In this document: positions 21,639 through 37,784 of the stretch, in pieces
Position numbering within the stretch: the first letter of the stretch is position 1
How the letters are laid out: every line of letters starts with the position of its first letter
Assembly (NCBI GenBank): GCA_963770565.1
Contig: CAVYQE010000001.1
Coordinates: 640,001-704,000, forward strand
From: an uncultured Actinomycetota bacterium
GTDB lineage: Bacteria > Actinomycetota > Actinomycetes > JAFAQI01
Reading direction: 5' to 3'
DNA: 64,000 nt
Translations under genes and position numbers: made by a program
Notes under the pieces: generated by a model
The model's input: the letters and a program-made list of their open reading frames with translations, nothing else
The model's database searches: none
Told to the model about the DNA's origin: nothing

Positions 21639-21662
21639 AAGTAAGCGAGAGAGGAACCGGCG

Positions 21663-23102
21663 ATGACCGCAAGGACTCGCACCATCTGGACGTTCGTGAT
21701 CACGAGCGTCGCGCTCTTCATGACCTCGCTCGACAACCTCGTGGTGACCACGGCGCTCCCGGTGATCCGGCTGCACCTGCACGCGTCGTTGTCGTCGCTC
21801 GAGTGGACCGTGAACGCCTACACCTTGACCTTCGCGGTCCTGCTCCTGACTGGTGCCAGCCTCGGTGAGCGCTTCGGTCGGCGGCGGATGTTCCTCGTCG
21901 GCCTCACGATCTTCACCCTCGGCTCGGCCGCGGCCGCGCTCGCGCCATCGGCCGGCTGGCTGATCGTCGCCCGCGCGCTGCAGGGCTCCGGCTCGGCGAT
22001 CGTGACCCCGCTGACCTTGACCCTGCTCTCGGCCGCGGTGTCGGTCGAGCGGCGCGGCGCGGCGCTCGGCGCCTGGGGTGCCGTCGCCGGCCTCGCGATC
22101 TCCTCCGGACCGCTGGTCGGCGGTGCCGTCGTACAGGGGTGGTCCTGGCAGACGATCTTCTGGATCAACGTGCCGATCGGCCTGCTGCTGCTCCCGCTCG
22201 CCTGGCGCGGGCTGGCCGAGAGCCACGGCCCGGCGACCCGCCTGGACGTTGTTGGCCTCACCCTCGCCAGCACCGGCTTGTTCGGCCTGGTGCTCGGGAT
22301 GGTGCGCGCCAACTCGCTCGGCTGGACCTCGAGCTACGTCCTAACCTCGCTGATCGTCGGCGCGGCGTTGATGGTCGCGTTCGTCCGGTGGGAGCTGCGG
22401 ACCGAGCAGCCGATGCTGCCGATGCGGTTGTTCCGGTCGCGCGGGTTCTCCGCGGCCAACGCGGCCAGCGTGCTGATGTTCTTCGGGATGTTCGGTGCGA
22501 TCTTCCTGCTCTCGCAGGCACTGCAGACGATGCAGGGCTACAGCCCGCTCGGCGCCGGCCTCCGGATGCTGCCGTGGACCGGGATGCCGATCGTCGTCGC
22601 GCCGATCGCCGGCATCCTGGCCGACCGGATCGGTGCCCGCCCGGTCGTGTTCGTCGGCTTGGCGTTGCAGGCGGTCGGCCTGGCCTGGTTGGCCGAGGTG
22701 ATGAGCCCGACCACGCCGTTCCTGCACCTGGTGCCCGCGCTCGCGGTGAGCGGCATCGGCATGGCGATGTTCTTCGCGCCCACCGCCGCGCTCGTGCTGG
22801 GCACCGTGCGGCGTGAGGAGGAGGGCATCGCCTCGGGCGCCGCCAACGCACTGCGTGAGGTCGGGGGCGTGTTCGGGGTCGCAGTTCTCGCCTCGGTCTT
22901 CGCCTCCCACGGTGGCTACGCGACGCCGCACACCTTCGCGCTGGGCCTGCGCCCGGCGGTCGAGGTCGGTGCCGCGGTCGTCGCGCTCGCCGCGCTGATC
23001 CTGCTCCTGGTGCCGCGCCGCAAGGCCGAACTGGAGCCGGTGACCGAGCCGGCCGAGCTCGACCGCCCGACCACCCGGGAGCTGGCTCCAGTCGGCGCCT
23101 GA
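21663..23102 (+). CDS. DHA2-family (14-TMS) MFS transporter
   Basis: LDNLVVTTALP, GERFGRRR, WQTIFWINVPIG. Confidence 0.93.
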   Translation: MTARTRTIWTFVITSVALFMTSLDNLVVTTALPVIRLHLHASLSSLEWTVNAYTLTFAVLLLTGASLGERFGRRRMFLVGLTIFTLGSAAAALAPSAGWLIVARALQGSGSAIVTPLTLTLLSAAVSVERRGAALGAWGAVAGLAISSGPLVGGAVVQGWSWQTIFWINVPIGLLLLPLAWRGLAESHGPATRLDVVGLTLASTGLFGLVLGMVRANSLGWTSSYVLTSLIVGAALMVAFVRWELRTEQPMLPMRLFRSRGFSAANAASVLMFFGMFGAIFLLSQALQTMQGYSPLGAGLRMLPWTGMPIVVAPIAGILADRIGARPVVFVGLALQAVGLAWLAEVMSPTTPFLHLVPALAVSGIGMAMFFAPTAALVLGTVRREEEGIASGAANALREVGGVFGVAVLASVFASHGGYATPHTFALGLRPAVEVGAAVVALAALILLLVPRRKAELEPVTEPAELDRPTTRELAPVGA

Positions 23103-23233
23103 GCGCACATCCGGCCAATTGGCCGGGTACGTCGGCCGCGATCGTCGTAATGTCGTAGCGCCCGGGTAGTCCTCATCTGCCCGGGCGCTACGGCCGATGA
23201 TCATGCTGACGAGGTCGAAGGTGGTGAGCCGAC

Positions 23234-24172
23234 GTGTCGGTCCTGACCTACCTCCGCCGCGGCCGCCGCGAGGCACCCGTCGTCACCGCGACTCCGCAGC
23301 ACCCGCCGCGCGAGGTCATTGTCTTCTCCGGCGGCGGCAGCCTCGGCGCGGCGCAGGTCGGCGCGCTCCAGGCGATCTTCGAGGCCGGCATCGTCCCTGA
23401 CGCGGTGATCGGCTGCTCGGTCGGCGCGATCAACGCGGCGTACATCGCGGTCGAGCCGACCGCGGCGCAGGCCGTGGCGCTCGAGGGCGTCTGGCGCTCG
23501 ATGTCGCGACGCGAAGTCTTCCCCGATGGCCGCTTCCGGGTGGCCCGCAGGCTGGTCGCCCGCTCGATCTACCTCTACACGCCGAGCGGGATGAGGGCGG
23601 TCTTCGCCCAGTGCGTGCCGCTCGACGACCTGTCGCAGACCGCCATCCCGTGCCACGTCGTGACGACCGACCTGATCGCGGGCGAGTCCGCGTGGTGGAC
23701 CAGTGGCGATCCGGTCGAGGTGCTCAGCGCGAGCGCCTGCCTGCCGGGCCTGTTCCCGCCGGTGCGCCTCAACGGCCGGTTGCACGTGGACGGCGGGGTC
23801 TCGTGCCCGGTGCCGACCCAGCGCGCGCTCGATCTCGGCGCGGCGCGGGTCTGGGTGCTCAATGTCGCCCGGGAGTACCACGGGTGGGCCGACGAGCGGA
23901 TGACCGCGCTCGACGTACTGCTCGAGAGCTTCGCGATCTCCCGGTCTCAGCTCGGCCGGCATGCCCCGGCGACCGCCGCCGGTCAGCGGATCGTCACGCT
24001 GCCCCCCATGGCGATCGGGCGGCACGACATGCGCGACTTCTCCCGCACCCCGCAGCTGATCGCGGCCGGGCGCGAGGCGGGCCGGGTCATGGTCGCGGCC
24101 GAGCTGCGGGCCCAGCGCGCCAACCGCGGACAGCCGCTCGACCCGGCGATCAACCCCCCCACCGCCGTCTGA
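23234..24172 (+). CDS. Patatin-like phospholipase
   Basis: SGGGSLG, GCSVG nucleophile, DGG motif. Confidence 0.9.
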   Translation: MSVLTYLRRGRREAPVVTATPQHPPREVIVFSGGGSLGAAQVGALQAIFEAGIVPDAVIGCSVGAINAAYIAVEPTAAQAVALEGVWRSMSRREVFPDGRFRVARRLVARSIYLYTPSGMRAVFAQCVPLDDLSQTAIPCHVVTTDLIAGESAWWTSGDPVEVLSASACLPGLFPPVRLNGRLHVDGGVSCPVPTQRALDLGAARVWVLNVAREYHGWADERMTALDVLLESFAISRSQLGRHAPATAAGQRIVTLPPMAIGRHDMRDFSRTPQLIAAGREAGRVMVAAELRAQRANRGQPLDPAINPPTAV

Positions 24173-24185
24173 CCCGCCGCCGCTG

Positions 24186-24270
24186 CCAAGCAATGTCACA
24201 TTGCCCCGCACTTCGTGGGGGCAATGTGACAGCACCCCCAGGAAAGCCCGGGCAATGTGACATTGCTTGG
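24186..24270. repeat. 85-bp palindromic element (family B, copy 2)
   Basis: Same terminal IRs as 20897-20981; between convergent genes. Confidence 0.92.
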
Positions 24271-24279
24271 AACAGGGGT

Positions 24280-25494
24280 TTAGGGGACGGGGATCTCGCC
24301 GAGGAGCTTGGCGATCCGGCCGACCCCTTCGGCGAGGTCGTCGTCGCCCAGCGCGTAGGACAGCCGGAAGCAGCCCGGAGCGCCGAAGGCCTCTCCTGGT
24401 ACGACGGCAACCTCGACTTCGTCGAGGATGACCTCGGCGAGCTCCGCCGACGTCGCCGGCGTTCGACCGCGGAGCGGCCGCCCCAGCAGCCCCTGCACCG
24501 ACGGGAAGCAGTAGAACGCCCCGTGCGGGGTCGGGCACTCGACGCCGGGGATCTCGCTCAGCATCCGCACCATCGTCTTGCGGCGGACGTCGAAGGCCGC
24601 GCGCATCATCGCCGCGGCCGACAGGTCGCCGCTGACCGCGGCCAAGGCCGCCGCCTGCGCGACGTTCGACACGTTGGAGGTCGAGTGCGACTGCAGGTTG
24701 GTCGCGGCCCCGATGACGTCGGTCGGGCCGATCATCCAGCCCACCCTCCAGCCAGTCATGGCGTAGGTCTTCGCCACGCCGTTGAGCACGACACAGCGGT
24801 CGGCGAGCTCAGGCACGACCACCGGCATCGACGGTGCCTCGGCTCCGTCGTACCTGAGGTGCTCGTAGATCTCGTCCGTGACCACCCAGAGCCCCTGCGC
24901 CTCGGCCCACCGCCCGATCGCCTCGACCGCCTCCGGCGGATAGACCGCGCCGGTCGGGTTCGAGGGCGAGCAGAACAGCAGCAGTTTCGTGCGCTCGGTC
25001 CGGGCTGCCTCGAGCTGCTCGACACTCGCGAGATAGCCGCTCACGGTGTCGGTCTCCACCACCACCGGAACGCCACCCGCCAGCCGGATCGCCTCCGGGT
25101 ACGTCGTCCAATACGGCGCCGGCAGGAGCACCTCGTCGCCGGGGTCGAGCAGGGTGGCGAAGGATTGGTAGACCGCCTGTTTGCCGCCGTTGGTCACTAG
25201 GACCTGCGCGGCGCTCACCTCGTACCCGGAGTCGCGGTGGGTCTTCGCCGCGATCGCCTGGCGGAGCTCGGGCAGGCCGCCGGTCGGTGTGTAGTGGTGC
25301 ATGAGCGGGTTGCTGCACGCCGCGATCGCCGCGGCGACGATCGGCTCGGGAGTGGGGAAGTCGGGCTCGCCCGCGCCGAAGCCGATCACGTCGCGACCGG
25401 CCGCCTTGAGCGCCTTGGCCTTGGCGTCGACAGCCAGGGTGGCGGATTCGGCGATGGCGCCGACGCGGGCAGAGATGCGGGATCGGTCGGGCAT
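24280..25494 (-). CDS. PLP-dependent class I (aspartate) aminotransferase
   Basis: [32 protein letters not shown]. Confidence 0.95.
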   Translation of the reverse strand: MPDRSRISARVGAIAESATLAVDAKAKALKAAGRDVIGFGAGEPDFPTPEPIVAAAIAACSNPLMHHYTPTGGLPELRQAIAAKTHRDSGYEVSAAQVLVTNGGKQAVYQSFATLLDPGDEVLLPAPYWTTYPEAIRLAGGVPVVVETDTVSGYLASVEQLEAARTERTKLLLFCSPSNPTGAVYPPEAVEAIGRWAEAQGLWVVTDEIYEHLRYDGAEAPSMPVVVPELADRCVVLNGVAKTYAMTGWRVGWMIGPTDVIGAATNLQSHSTSNVSNVAQAAALAAVSGDLSAAAMMRAAFDVRRKTMVRMLSEIPGVECPTPHGAFYCFPSVQGLLGRPLRGRTPATSAELAEVILDEVEVAVVPGEAFGAPGCFRLSYALGDDDLAEGVGRIAKLLGEIPVP

Positions 25495-25619
25495 GCCTCA
25501 ATGGTCGCCTACTGTCGAAGCGGAGGTCCAACGGGTTCTCAGGCGCGCTCGCGTGCGGTTCGCTGGTTCGACCGGGCCCGCCGCCTGGACGTACACTGCG
25601 ACGTTCGAACGGCAATCAC

Positions 25620-25692
25620 AGGGCAGTAGCTCAATTGGCAGAGTCCCGGTCTCCAAAACCGGTGGTTGGGGGTTCGAGTCCCTCCTGCCCTG
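25620..25692 (+). tRNA. tRNA-Trp (CCA)
   Basis: AGGGCAG/CTGCCCT acceptor, CCGGT-CTCCAAA-ACCGG; upstream of secE. Confidence 0.97.
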
Positions 25693-25781
25693 CTGACGAC
25701 GACACAGTTGGCACTGCCATCGTGGTCCAATGAAAGAGTCGTCGTGGCAGCACGGCGTGGTGACGGTAGGAGGTGATGAGG

Positions 25782-26042
25782 GTGACGCAGACGAGCGAGG
25801 CCGAGCCGGCCGCTCGGCCGGCTTCGGACGGCGGTCGTGGCGGTAAGCGGCCGGGGCCGGCGGGCCGCGTCGCGCTCTACAACCGCCAGGTCGTCAGCGA
25901 GTTGCGCAAAGTCATCTGGCCGACCCGCAACGAACTGGTCACCTACACCATCGTGTCCATTACCTTCGTGACGAGCATGGTGGCGTTCGTCGGCCTGCTC
26001 GATTACCTGTTCACCAAGGGCGTCTTTGCGATGTTCGGTTGA
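25782..26042 (+). CDS. secE: Preprotein translocase subunit SecE
   Basis: [13 protein letters not shown] plus TM helix; AGGAGG 8 nt before GTG. Confidence 0.95.
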   Translation: MTQTSEAEPAARPASDGGRGGKRPGPAGRVALYNRQVVSELRKVIWPTRNELVTYTIVSITFVTSMVAFVGLLDYLFTKGVFAMFG

Positions 26043-26091
26043 CCCTGCATCGCTCCCGCTTTTCCCCCGACCTCAAGGAAGTCCTCGCACT

Positions 26092-27012
26092 GTGACCGAG
26101 TTTGCGCCCGACAGTTCCGCCGGCGACATCGCTGTGCCCGAAGCGCCGGGTCTCGACCACGCCGACGCCGGGTCGGATCCGGTCGAGCCTGAGCAGGCAC
26201 CGGTCGTGAGCGACGAGTCGCCGGCTGCTCCGGAAGACCTCGCCGTGGAGGAGTCCGCCGTCGAGGAGCCCGCAGTCGACGAGGGGCCCGCTGAGGTCGC
26301 CGAGCCTGCTGAGGTCGCCGAAGAGGCTGCTGAGGTTGACGAGGCACCCGCTGAGGTGGCTGAAGAGTCTGCTGAGGTCGCCGAACAGGCTGCTGAGGTT
26401 GACGAGGCACCCGCTGAGGTCGCTGAAGAGGTCGCTGAGGTCGACGAGGTCGAGGAGTTCCGGGCGCGGCTGATCACGCTGCCCGGTGACTGGTACGTCG
26501 TCCACACCTACGCCGGCTACGAAAACCGGGTCAAGGCCAACCTCGAGTCGCGGATTGCCTCGCTCAACATGGAGGACTACATCTTCGACATCCAGGTCCC
26601 GACCCAGCCGGAGACGATCATCAAGGCCGGAAAGCGACAGGTCGTCGACTCGAAGATCTTCCCGGGCTACGTCCTGGTCCGGATGGACCTCACCGACGAG
26701 TCGTGGTCGGTGGTCAAGAACACCCCGAGCGTCACCGGGTTCGTCGGCACCACGCATCCGACGCCGCTGTCGACCGCGGACGTCGTCAAGTTCCTCGCGC
26801 CCAAACCCGCCGAGTCCAAGCGGGTCGAGGCGCCCAAGGTCGTCGACTTCGCCGTCGGCGAGTCGGTCACGGTCATGGACGGCCCGTTCGCGACCCTGCC
26901 CGCCACCATTAACGAGATCAACGCCGAGTCACAGCGGCTCAAGGTCCTCGTCTCGATCTTCGGCCGCGAGACGCCGGTCGAGTTGTCGTTCAGCCAGGTC
27001 AGCAAGATCTGA
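26092..27012 (+). CDS. nusG: Transcription factor NusG with acidic N-terminal extension
   Basis: [33 protein letters not shown]. Confidence 0.96.
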   Translation: MTEFAPDSSAGDIAVPEAPGLDHADAGSDPVEPEQAPVVSDESPAAPEDLAVEESAVEEPAVDEGPAEVAEPAEVAEEAAEVDEAPAEVAEESAEVAEQAAEVDEAPAEVAEEVAEVDEVEEFRARLITLPGDWYVVHTYAGYENRVKANLESRIASLNMEDYIFDIQVPTQPETIIKAGKRQVVDSKIFPGYVLVRMDLTDESWSVVKNTPSVTGFVGTTHPTPLSTADVVKFLAPKPAESKRVEAPKVVDFAVGESVTVMDGPFATLPATINEINAESQRLKVLVSIFGRETPVELSFSQVSKI

Positions 27013-27040
27013 CCCGGTCCCGCCGTACAAGGAAGCTCAC

Positions 27041-27472
27041 ATGCCTACCAAGAAGAAGATCGCCGGTCTGATCAAGTTGCAGATCCAGGCCGGCGCGGCG
27101 ACCCCGGCCCCTCCGGTCGGCCCCGCGCTGGGTCAGCACGGCGTCAACATCATGGATTTCTGCAAGCAGTACAACGCCGAGACCGAGTCGCAGCGCGGCA
27201 ACGTCATCCCGGTCGAGATCACGGTCTATGAAGACCGCAGCTTCACCTTCATCACCAAGACCCCGCCGGCCGCGCGGTTGATCCTCAAGGCCGCCGGTGT
27301 CGAGAAGGGGTCCGGCGAGCCACACACCAAGAAGGTCGCGTCGATCAGCCGGCAGCAGGTCCGCGAGATCGCGACGACGAAGATGTCCGACCTCAACGCC
27401 AACGATCTCGACGCGGCTGAGAAGATCATCGCCGGCACCGCCCGGTCGATGGGCATCACCGTCACCGGCTGA
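27041..27472 (+). CDS. rplK: 50S ribosomal protein L11
   Basis: [21 protein letters not shown]. Confidence 0.98.
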   Translation: MPTKKKIAGLIKLQIQAGAATPAPPVGPALGQHGVNIMDFCKQYNAETESQRGNVIPVEITVYEDRSFTFITKTPPAARLILKAAGVEKGSGEPHTKKVASISRQQVREIATTKMSDLNANDLDAAEKIIAGTARSMGITVTG

Positions 27473-27499
27473 GCGGCGCGCGCACCGAACCGACGTACG

Positions 27500-27545
27500 T
27501 CGTGGGAGGGGTCGACCGACTCCGCTCGAACCACAAGGAGAAAGC
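27500..27545 (+). promoter_or_regulatory. Putative L1-binding leader of rplA
   Basis: GTGGGAG...ACCAC stem ending just before AGGAG, at the actinobacterial rplK-rplA position. Confidence 0.55.
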
Positions 27546-27554
27546 AGCTACCCG

Positions 27555-28409
27555 ATGACCAAGCGAAGCAAGTCCTATCAGGCCGCCGCCGCACTGATCG
27601 ACCGCGAGCGGCTCTACGCCCCGCTCGAGGCGGTGCGGCTGGCCAAGCAGACCACGACCACCAAGCGGTTCGACGCGACCGTCGAGGTCGCGATGCGGCT
27701 CGGGGTCGACCCCCGCAAGGCCGACCAGATGGTCCGCGGCACCGTGTCGCTCCCGCACGGCACCGGCAAGACCGCGCGGGTGGCGGTCTTCGCGACCGGC
27801 GAGAAGGCCGAAGAGGCACGCGCCGCGGGTGCCGACATCGTCGGTGGCGACGAGCTGATCGAACAGGTCGCCGGCGGGATGCTCGACTTCGATGCCGCGG
27901 TGTCCACCCCTGACCTGATGGGCAAGGTCGGCCGGTTGGGCCGGGTTCTCGGCCCGCGCGGCCTCATGCCGAACCCGAAGACCGGCACGGTGACCGTCGA
28001 CGTCGGAAAGGCCGTCACCGACATCAAGGGCGGCAAGATCGAGTACCGCGTCGACCGCCAGGCCAACCTGCACTTCGTGATCGGCAAGACCTCCTTCACC
28101 GACCTGCAGCTGGTCGAGAACTACGCGACCGCGCTCGACGAGGTGATCCGCGCCAAGCCCTCGTCCGCAAAGGGCCGCTACATCCGCAAGGTCGCGGTCT
28201 CGACCACGATGGGTCCGGGCATTCCGGTCGACCCGGCCCGGACCCGCAACCTGACCGAGGCGGACGCCGGGAGCGAATTCGAACCCGGCAACGCGCCCGA
28301 GCCAGCGGTCGCCGCCGAGGTGCCGGCGGAGGCGCCGGATGCGGAGACCGAGGCCCAGGCCGAGGCGCCGGTCGTTGACGCCGAGATGGAAGCAGCGCCC
28401 GCCGAGTAG
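27555..28409 (+). CDS. rplA: 50S ribosomal protein L1
   Basis: [29 protein letters not shown]. Confidence 0.98.
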   Translation: MTKRSKSYQAAAALIDRERLYAPLEAVRLAKQTTTTKRFDATVEVAMRLGVDPRKADQMVRGTVSLPHGTGKTARVAVFATGEKAEEARAAGADIVGGDELIEQVAGGMLDFDAAVSTPDLMGKVGRLGRVLGPRGLMPNPKTGTVTVDVGKAVTDIKGGKIEYRVDRQANLHFVIGKTSFTDLQLVENYATALDEVIRAKPSSAKGRYIRKVAVSTTMGPGIPVDPARTRNLTEADAGSEFEPGNAPEPAVAAEVPAEAPDAETEAQAEAPVVDAEMEAAPAE

Positions 28410-28421
28410 CCCACGAGGGGT

Positions 28422-28450
28422 TTGAGGTCTCATCGGGCCGCTGCTAACCT
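28422..28450 (+). promoter_or_regulatory. Putative rplJL promoter
   Basis: TTGAGG-17 bp-TAACCT. Confidence 0.5.
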
Positions 28451-28459
28451 CGGCGGCTG

Positions 28460-28610
28460 CCTCAGACCGCAGGTCGTTGCCCGCTCTGGCGGGTGACCGA
28501 AGGATCCGCGAGAGCGGACGTCCGGCGCAGGTGAGTGGTTCGTCAGTCAGGCGCAGGCTTTCACTGCGCAGACCAACGCCCCGCGCGCCGTGCGCCGGGG
28601 CGTTTTTCCT
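28460..28610 (+). promoter_or_regulatory. L10 leader with downstream terminator-like hairpin
   Basis: AGACCGCAGG...GAAGG...CCGGCGCAGG pattern; ACGCCCCG...CGGGGCGT followed by T-run. Confidence 0.7.
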
Positions 28611-28665
28611 GCCCTGCATCGTCCCGAGGCGGTACGACGGATCCACCCACCGAAGGGACGCACGC

Positions 28666-29442
28666 ATGGTCAGGCCAGACAAGGCGGCCGCGGTCGCTGA
28701 GCTCACCGAGGCCTTTCGCACGTCGTCGGCTGCCGTCCTCACCGAGTATCGAGGGCTCACGGTCGCCGAGCTGAAGACGCTGCGGCGCACGCTGGCTGGC
28801 AACGCGACGTACGCCGTCGTGAAGAACACGTTGACCAAGATCGCGGCCCGCGAGGCCGGCATCGACATGTTCGAGCCGATGCTCGAGGGCCCGTCGGCGA
28901 TTGCGTTCGTGTCCGGCGACGCGGTCGAGGTCGCGAAGGGGCTGCGCAGCTTCGGCCGCGAGCACCCGCACCTCGTCATCAAGGGCGGCATCCTCGACGG
29001 CAAGCCGTTGACCGCGGAAGAGATCCGTCAGCTCGCCGACCTCGAGTCGCGCGAGGTGTTGCTCGCCAAGTTCGCCGGCGGACTGCTCGCGCCGGCTCAG
29101 CAGCTCGCCAACGTGCTCGGGGCCTCGATGGGCCAGCTTGCTCGGCTGCTCGGCGCGCTCGAGGCGAAGCTGGCCAGCGAGCCCGGGGCGGCCGGCACCG
29201 ATGGTGCCAGCGCGGTCGAGCCGACCCCCGCCGTGGCTGAGCCCGAGGCAGTGGCTGAGCCCGAGGCAGTGGCCGAGCCCGAGGCAGTGGCCGAGCCCGA
29301 GGCAGTGGCCGAGCCCGAGGCAGTGGCCGACGCCACCGACAGCGCGACAGACGACGCAAGCACCGACGAGACGCCTACTGACCCAACCCCCACCGACGAG
29401 CCACCGACCGACGATGCGGCTGACGCGTCGGCGCAGAACTGA
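28666..29442 (+). CDS. rplJ: 50S ribosomal protein L10 with acidic C-terminal repeat tail
   Basis: [25 protein letters not shown]. Confidence 0.97.
   Translation: MVRPDKAAAVAELTEAFRTSSAAVLTEYRGLTVAELKTLRRTLAGNATYAVVKNTLTKIAAREAGIDMFEPMLEGPSAIAFVSGDAVEVAKGLRSFGREHPHLVIKGGILDGKPLTAEEIRQLADLESREVLLAKFAGGLLAPAQQLANVLGASMGQLARLLGALEAKLASEPGAAGTDGASAVEPTPAVAEPEAVAEPEAVAEPEAVAEPEAVAEPEAVADATDSATDDASTDETPTDPTPTDEPPTDDAADASAQN
29233..29330 (+). repeat. 18-bp coding tandem repeat (VAEPEA) x5
   Basis: GTGGCYGAGCCCGAGGCA units inside rplJ. Confidence 0.9.
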
Positions 29443-29456
29443 CCGAGGAGACTGAC

Positions 29457-29849
29457 ATGGCAACCCTGACCAACGACGAGATCATCGAGGCCCTCAAGGC
29501 CAAGAGCCTGCTCGAGATCTCCGAGCTCGTGAAGCAGTTCGAGGAGACCTTCGGCGTCTCCGCGGCTGCCCCTGTTGCGGCCGCTGCACCTGCGGGTGGC
29601 GGCGGTGGCGGCGCGGCCGCCGAGGCCGAGGAGGAGAAGGACGAGTTCGACGTCATCCTCGAGGCGGCCGGTGAGAAGAAGATCCAGGTCATCAAGGTCG
29701 TGCGAGAGCTGACCAGCCTGGGCCTGAAGGAAGCCAAGGACCTCGTCGACGCCGCCCCCAAGACGGTGCTCGAGAAGGTCGCGAAGGACGCCGCCGACAA
29801 GGGCAAGGAAGCCCTCGAGGGCGCCGGCGCCACCGTTTCGGTCAAGTAG
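29457..29849 (+). CDS. rplL: 50S ribosomal protein L7/L12
   Basis: [24 protein letters not shown]. Confidence 0.98.
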   Translation: MATLTNDEIIEALKAKSLLEISELVKQFEETFGVSAAAPVAAAAPAGGGGGGAAAEAEEEKDEFDVILEAAGEKKIQVIKVVRELTSLGLKEAKDLVDAAPKTVLEKVAKDAADKGKEALEGAGATVSVK

Positions 29850-29889
29850 CCCGACCGCGCCGATCCGGCGCCACCGCACGCGGGTTCTC

Positions 29890-29931
29890 TGAACCGGCGG
29901 CCACCGCGATCTCGCGGCAGCCGCCGGTTCA
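29890..29931 (+). terminator. Long hairpin after rplL (putative terminator)
   Basis: TGAACCGGCGGC..CCGCGA/TCGCGG..GCCGCCGGTTCA. Confidence 0.55.
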
Positions 29932-30211
29932 CCCGTTTGGCCCAGGTCTAAGGACTCAAACAGCGGCTGACACCCCACAGTTGGGCGTGGAGACTTGACG
30001 TCAGCCCCGGCCTGGGGGCATCCTGCTGCGCAGCAGTGACTGAATATGGTGGGCCCGACTAGCGGGTCGTTCTCGACAGCGAGCCTTTTCGCGGCTATGC
30101 TGTCCAGTTGCCGTGCCTCCCGATTCCTCCGCGCTCTGTTTTGATCAAAACAGCGGCGAGTCGATTGGCGTGCGCGTTCATTGACAGCGGGCAACTAGAG
30201 AAGGACCCCAC

Positions 30212-33200
30212 TTGGCCGCATCGCGCTCCTCCGCACCTGCCCCATCCACCCTCGCACCTCGCCGCATCTCCTTCGCGCGGATCAACGAGCCGCTCGAAGT
30301 GCCGAACCTGTTGGCGCTGCAGACCTCGTCGTTCAAATGGTTGATCGGTTCGCCCGAGTGGCGTGACCAGGTCGACGCCGGCGCGTCGTCCGGGCTCGAG
30401 GAGATCCTCTCCGAGATCAGCCCGATCCGAGACTTCTCCGACACCATGTCGCTGGAGTTCCGCGAGCCGAAGCTCATGGACCCCCCGCACTCCATCGAGG
30501 AGTGCAAGGACAAGGACATGACGTACTCCGCGCCGCTGTTCGTGATCGCCGAGTTCACCAACAACGAGACCGGTGAGATCAAGAGCCAGACGGTGTTCAT
30601 GGGCGACTTCCCGCTCATGACCCATCAGGGCACCTTCATCATCAACGGCACCGAGCGGGTCGTGGTTTCCCAGCTCGTCCGCTCCCCGGGCGTCTACTTC
30701 GACCGGACCCTCGACAAGGTCACCGACCGCGAGGTCTATGCGGCCAAGGTGATCCCGGGCCGCGGCGCCTGGCTCGAGTTCGAGGTCGACAAGCGCGACC
30801 AGGTCGGCGTACGGATCGACCGCAAGCGCCGCCAGCCGGTCACCGTGCTGCTCCGGGCGCTCGGCTGGGACAACGAGCGGATCCTCCAGCACTTCGGCGA
30901 GTTCGACTCGATGCGGCTGACCCTCGAGAAGGACCACACGACCACGCCGGACGAGGCGCTGATCGACATCTACCGCAAGCTGCGGCCGGGCGAGCCGCCG
31001 ACCCGCGACGCTGCGGAGACGCTGCTCAACAACCTGTACTTCAACGAGAAGCGCTACGACCTGGCCAAGGTCGGCCGCTACAAGGTGAACAAGAAGCTCG
31101 GCACTGACGTGCCGCAGGGCACCGGCGTCCTCACCGAGGCTGACATCGTTGCGGCGATCGACTACGTCGTCCGGCTGCACCGCGGTGACGCCGGCTACGA
31201 GACCGACGACATCGACCACTTCGGCAACCGGCGGTTGCGTACGGTCGGCGAGCTCATCCAGAACCAGGTCCGGATCGGGCTGTCCCGGATGGAGCGCGTC
31301 GTCCGCGAGCGGATGACCACCCAGGACGTCGAGGCGATCACGCCGCAGACCCTGATCAACATCCGCCCGGTGGTGGCGTCGATCAAGGAGTTCTTCGGCA
31401 CCTCGCAGCTCTCGCAGTTCATGGACCAGACCAACCCGCTCGCGGGGCTCACCCACAAGCGCCGCCTCTCGGCGCTCGGCCCGGGTGGCCTCTCGCGGGA
31501 GCGGGCCGGGTTCGAGGTTCGCGACGTGCACCCCAGCCACTACGGCCGGATGTGCCCGATCGAGACCCCGGAAGGCCCGAACATCGGCCTGATCGGGTCG
31601 CTGTCGACCTACGCCCGGGTAAACCCGTTCGGTTTCGTCGAGACGCCGTACCGCCGGGTCGACAAGGGCCGGGTCACCGACCACATCGACTACCTGACCG
31701 CTGACGAGGAAGACAAGCACGTCATCGCGCAGGCGAATGCGCCGCTCAACGCCAACAGCACCTTCGCGGAGAACCGAGTCCTCGTCCGTCGTAAGGAGGG
31801 TGAGGTCGACTACGTCGAGCCCACCGCCGTCGACTACATGGACGTCTCGCCGCGCCAGATGGTGTCGGTCGCGACCGCGATGATCCCGTTCCTCGAGCAC
31901 GACGACGCCAACCGGGCGTTGATGGGTTCGAACATGCAGCGCCAGTCCGTCCCGCTGCTGCGCAGCGAGGCACCGCTGGTCGGCACCGGGATGGAGTTCC
32001 GTGCGGCGGTCGACGCCGGCGACGTGGTGGTCGCCGAGCAGGCCGGTGTCGTGGAGGAGGTCTCTGCCGACTACGTGACGGTGGCCAACGACGACGGCAC
32101 TCAGCGGGTCTACCGGCTGGCGAAGTTCCACCGGTCCAACCAGGGCACGTCGTTCAACCAGAAGCCGATCGTCGACGAGGGCCAGCGGGTCGAGTCCGGC
32201 CAGGTCATCGCCGACGGCCCGTGCACCCAGAACGGCGAGATGGCGCTCGGCAAGAACCTGCTGGTGGCGTTCATGTCATGGGAGGGCCACAACTACGAGG
32301 ACGCGATCATCCTGTCCTCGAAGCTGGTGGAAGACGACGTACTGTCCTCGATCCACATCGAGGAGCACGAGGTCGACGCCCGCGACACCAAGCTCGGGCC
32401 GGAGGAGATCACCCGCGACATCCCGAACGTCAGCGAGGAAGTTCTCGCCGACCTCGACGAGCGCGGCATCATCCGGATCGGTGCCGAGGTCGTGCCCGGA
32501 GACGTCCTGGTCGGCAAGGTCACGCCCAAGGGCGAGACCGAGCTCACCCCGGAGGAGCGGCTGCTTCGCGCGATCTTCGGCGAGAAGGCCCGCGAGGTCC
32601 GCGACACCTCGTTGAAGGTGCCGCACGGCGAGAGCGGCAAGGTCATCGGCGTCCGCGTGTTCAACCGCGAGGACGGCGACGAGCTGCCGCCGGGTGTCAA
32701 CGAGCTGGTCCGGGTGTACGTCGCCCAGAAGCGGAAGATAACCGACGGCGACAAGCTCGCCGGCCGGCACGGCAACAAGGGTGTGATCTCCAAGGTGCTG
32801 CCGGTCGAGGACATGCCGTTCCTCGAGGACGGCACCCCGGTCGACATCATCCTCAACCCGCTCGGTGTGCCAGGCCGGATGAACATCGGCCAGGTCCTCG
32901 AGACCCACCTCGGGTGGGTGGCGAAGACCGGCTGGCAGATCGCCGGGACAAAGGAGCCGTGGCAGAAGCGGCTCGCCGAGATCGGCGCCGACTCCTCGGA
33001 GCCCGGCACCAACCTCGCGACGCCGGTCTTCGACGGCGCCCGCGAGGAGGAGATCTCCGGCCTGCTGGCATCGACCCTGGTCAACCGCGACGGCGACCGG
33101 ATGGTCGGCGCCGACGGGAAGGCGAAGCTGTTCGACGGTCGCAGCGGTGAGCCGATCCGGCAGCCGATCTCGGTCGGCTACATCTACATCCTGAAGCTGC

Positions 33201-33631
33201 TGCACCTCGTCGACGACAAGATCCACGCTCGCTCGACCGGTCCGTACTCCATGATCACCCAGCAGCCGCTGGGTGGTAAGGCGCAGTTCGGTGGCCAGCG
33301 CTTCGGTGAGATGGAGGTCTGGGCACTCGAGGCCTACGGCGCGGCATACGCGTTGCAGGAGCTCCTGACGATCAAGTCCGACGACGTCCTGGGCCGGGTG
33401 AAGGTCTACGAGGCGATCGTCAAGGGAGAGAACATCCCGGAGCCCGGGATCCCCGAGTCGTTCAAGGTCCTGATCAAGGAGATGCAGTCGCTGTGCCTCA
33501 ACGTCGAGGTGCTCTCCAGCGACGGCATGCAGATCGAGCTCCGCGAGACTGACGAAGACGTGTTCCGCGCCGCAGAAGAGCTCGGCATCGACCTGTCAAG
33601 GCGAGAGCCGAGCTCAGTGGAAGAGGTTTAA
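30212..33631 (+). CDS. rpoB: RNA polymerase beta subunit
   Basis: [11 protein letters not shown]...[30 protein letters not shown]. Confidence 0.99.
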   Translation: MAASRSSAPAPSTLAPRRISFARINEPLEVPNLLALQTSSFKWLIGSPEWRDQVDAGASSGLEEILSEISPIRDFSDTMSLEFREPKLMDPPHSIEECKDKDMTYSAPLFVIAEFTNNETGEIKSQTVFMGDFPLMTHQGTFIINGTERVVVSQLVRSPGVYFDRTLDKVTDREVYAAKVIPGRGAWLEFEVDKRDQVGVRIDRKRRQPVTVLLRALGWDNERILQHFGEFDSMRLTLEKDHTTTPDEALIDIYRKLRPGEPPTRDAAETLLNNLYFNEKRYDLAKVGRYKVNKKLGTDVPQGTGVLTEADIVAAIDYVVRLHRGDAGYETDDIDHFGNRRLRTVGELIQNQVRIGLSRMERVVRERMTTQDVEAITPQTLINIRPVVASIKEFFGTSQLSQFMDQTNPLAGLTHKRRLSALGPGGLSRERAGFEVRDVHPSHYGRMCPIETPEGPNIGLIGSLSTYARVNPFGFVETPYRRVDKGRVTDHIDYLTADEEDKHVIAQANAPLNANSTFAENRVLVRRKEGEVDYVEPTAVDYMDVSPRQMVSVATAMIPFLEHDDANRALMGSNMQRQSVPLLRSEAPLVGTGMEFRAAVDAGDVVVAEQAGVVEEVSADYVTVANDDGTQRVYRLAKFHRSNQGTSFNQKPIVDEGQRVESGQVIADGPCTQNGEMALGKNLLVAFMSWEGHNYEDAIILSSKLVEDDVLSSIHIEEHEVDARDTKLGPEEITRDIPNVSEEVLADLDERGIIRIGAEVVPGDVLVGKVTPKGETELTPEERLLRAIFGEKAREVRDTSLKVPHGESGKVIGVRVFNREDGDELPPGVNELVRVYVAQKRKITDGDKLAGRHGNKGVISKVLPVEDMPFLEDGTPVDIILNPLGVPGRMNIGQVLETHLGWVAKTGWQIAGTKEPWQKRLAEIGADSSEPGTNLATPVFDGAREEEISGLLASTLVNRDGDRMVGADGKAKLFDGRSGEPIRQPISVGYIYILKLLHLVDDKIHARSTGPYSMITQQPLGGKAQFGGQRFGEMEVWALEAYGAAYALQELLTIKSDDVLGRVKVYEAIVKGENIPEPGIPESFKVLIKEMQSLCLNVEVLSSDGMQIELRETDEDVFRAAEELGIDLSRREPSSVEEV

Positions 33632-33652
33632 CTCCGGCAGTAACCACCCCTT

Positions 33653-33695
33653 GGGGCCCCCGCAGAGTTGTGAGCGAAGCGAGCAACTTCGGGGG
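33653..33695 (+). repeat. Family C hairpin element (rpoB-rpoC junction)
   Basis: GGGGCCCCCGCAGAGTTGT-GAGCGAAGCGA-GCAACTTCGGGGG. Confidence 0.8.
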
Positions 33696-33713
33696 AGAAA
33701 GAGAAGGAACACC

Positions 33714-37781
<4,068 letters not shown>

Positions 37782-37784
37782 CGC

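Noticed and set aside
31400-31480. Rifampicin-resistance variant (NPLAGL)
   Set aside because: The key D, H and S residues are intact, and Ala at this site is a common natural variant.
33651-33713. N-terminal extension of RpoC from TTG 33651
   Set aside because: It is the family C element read in frame; the conserved LDVNFF start with an SD-like sequence is at 33714.
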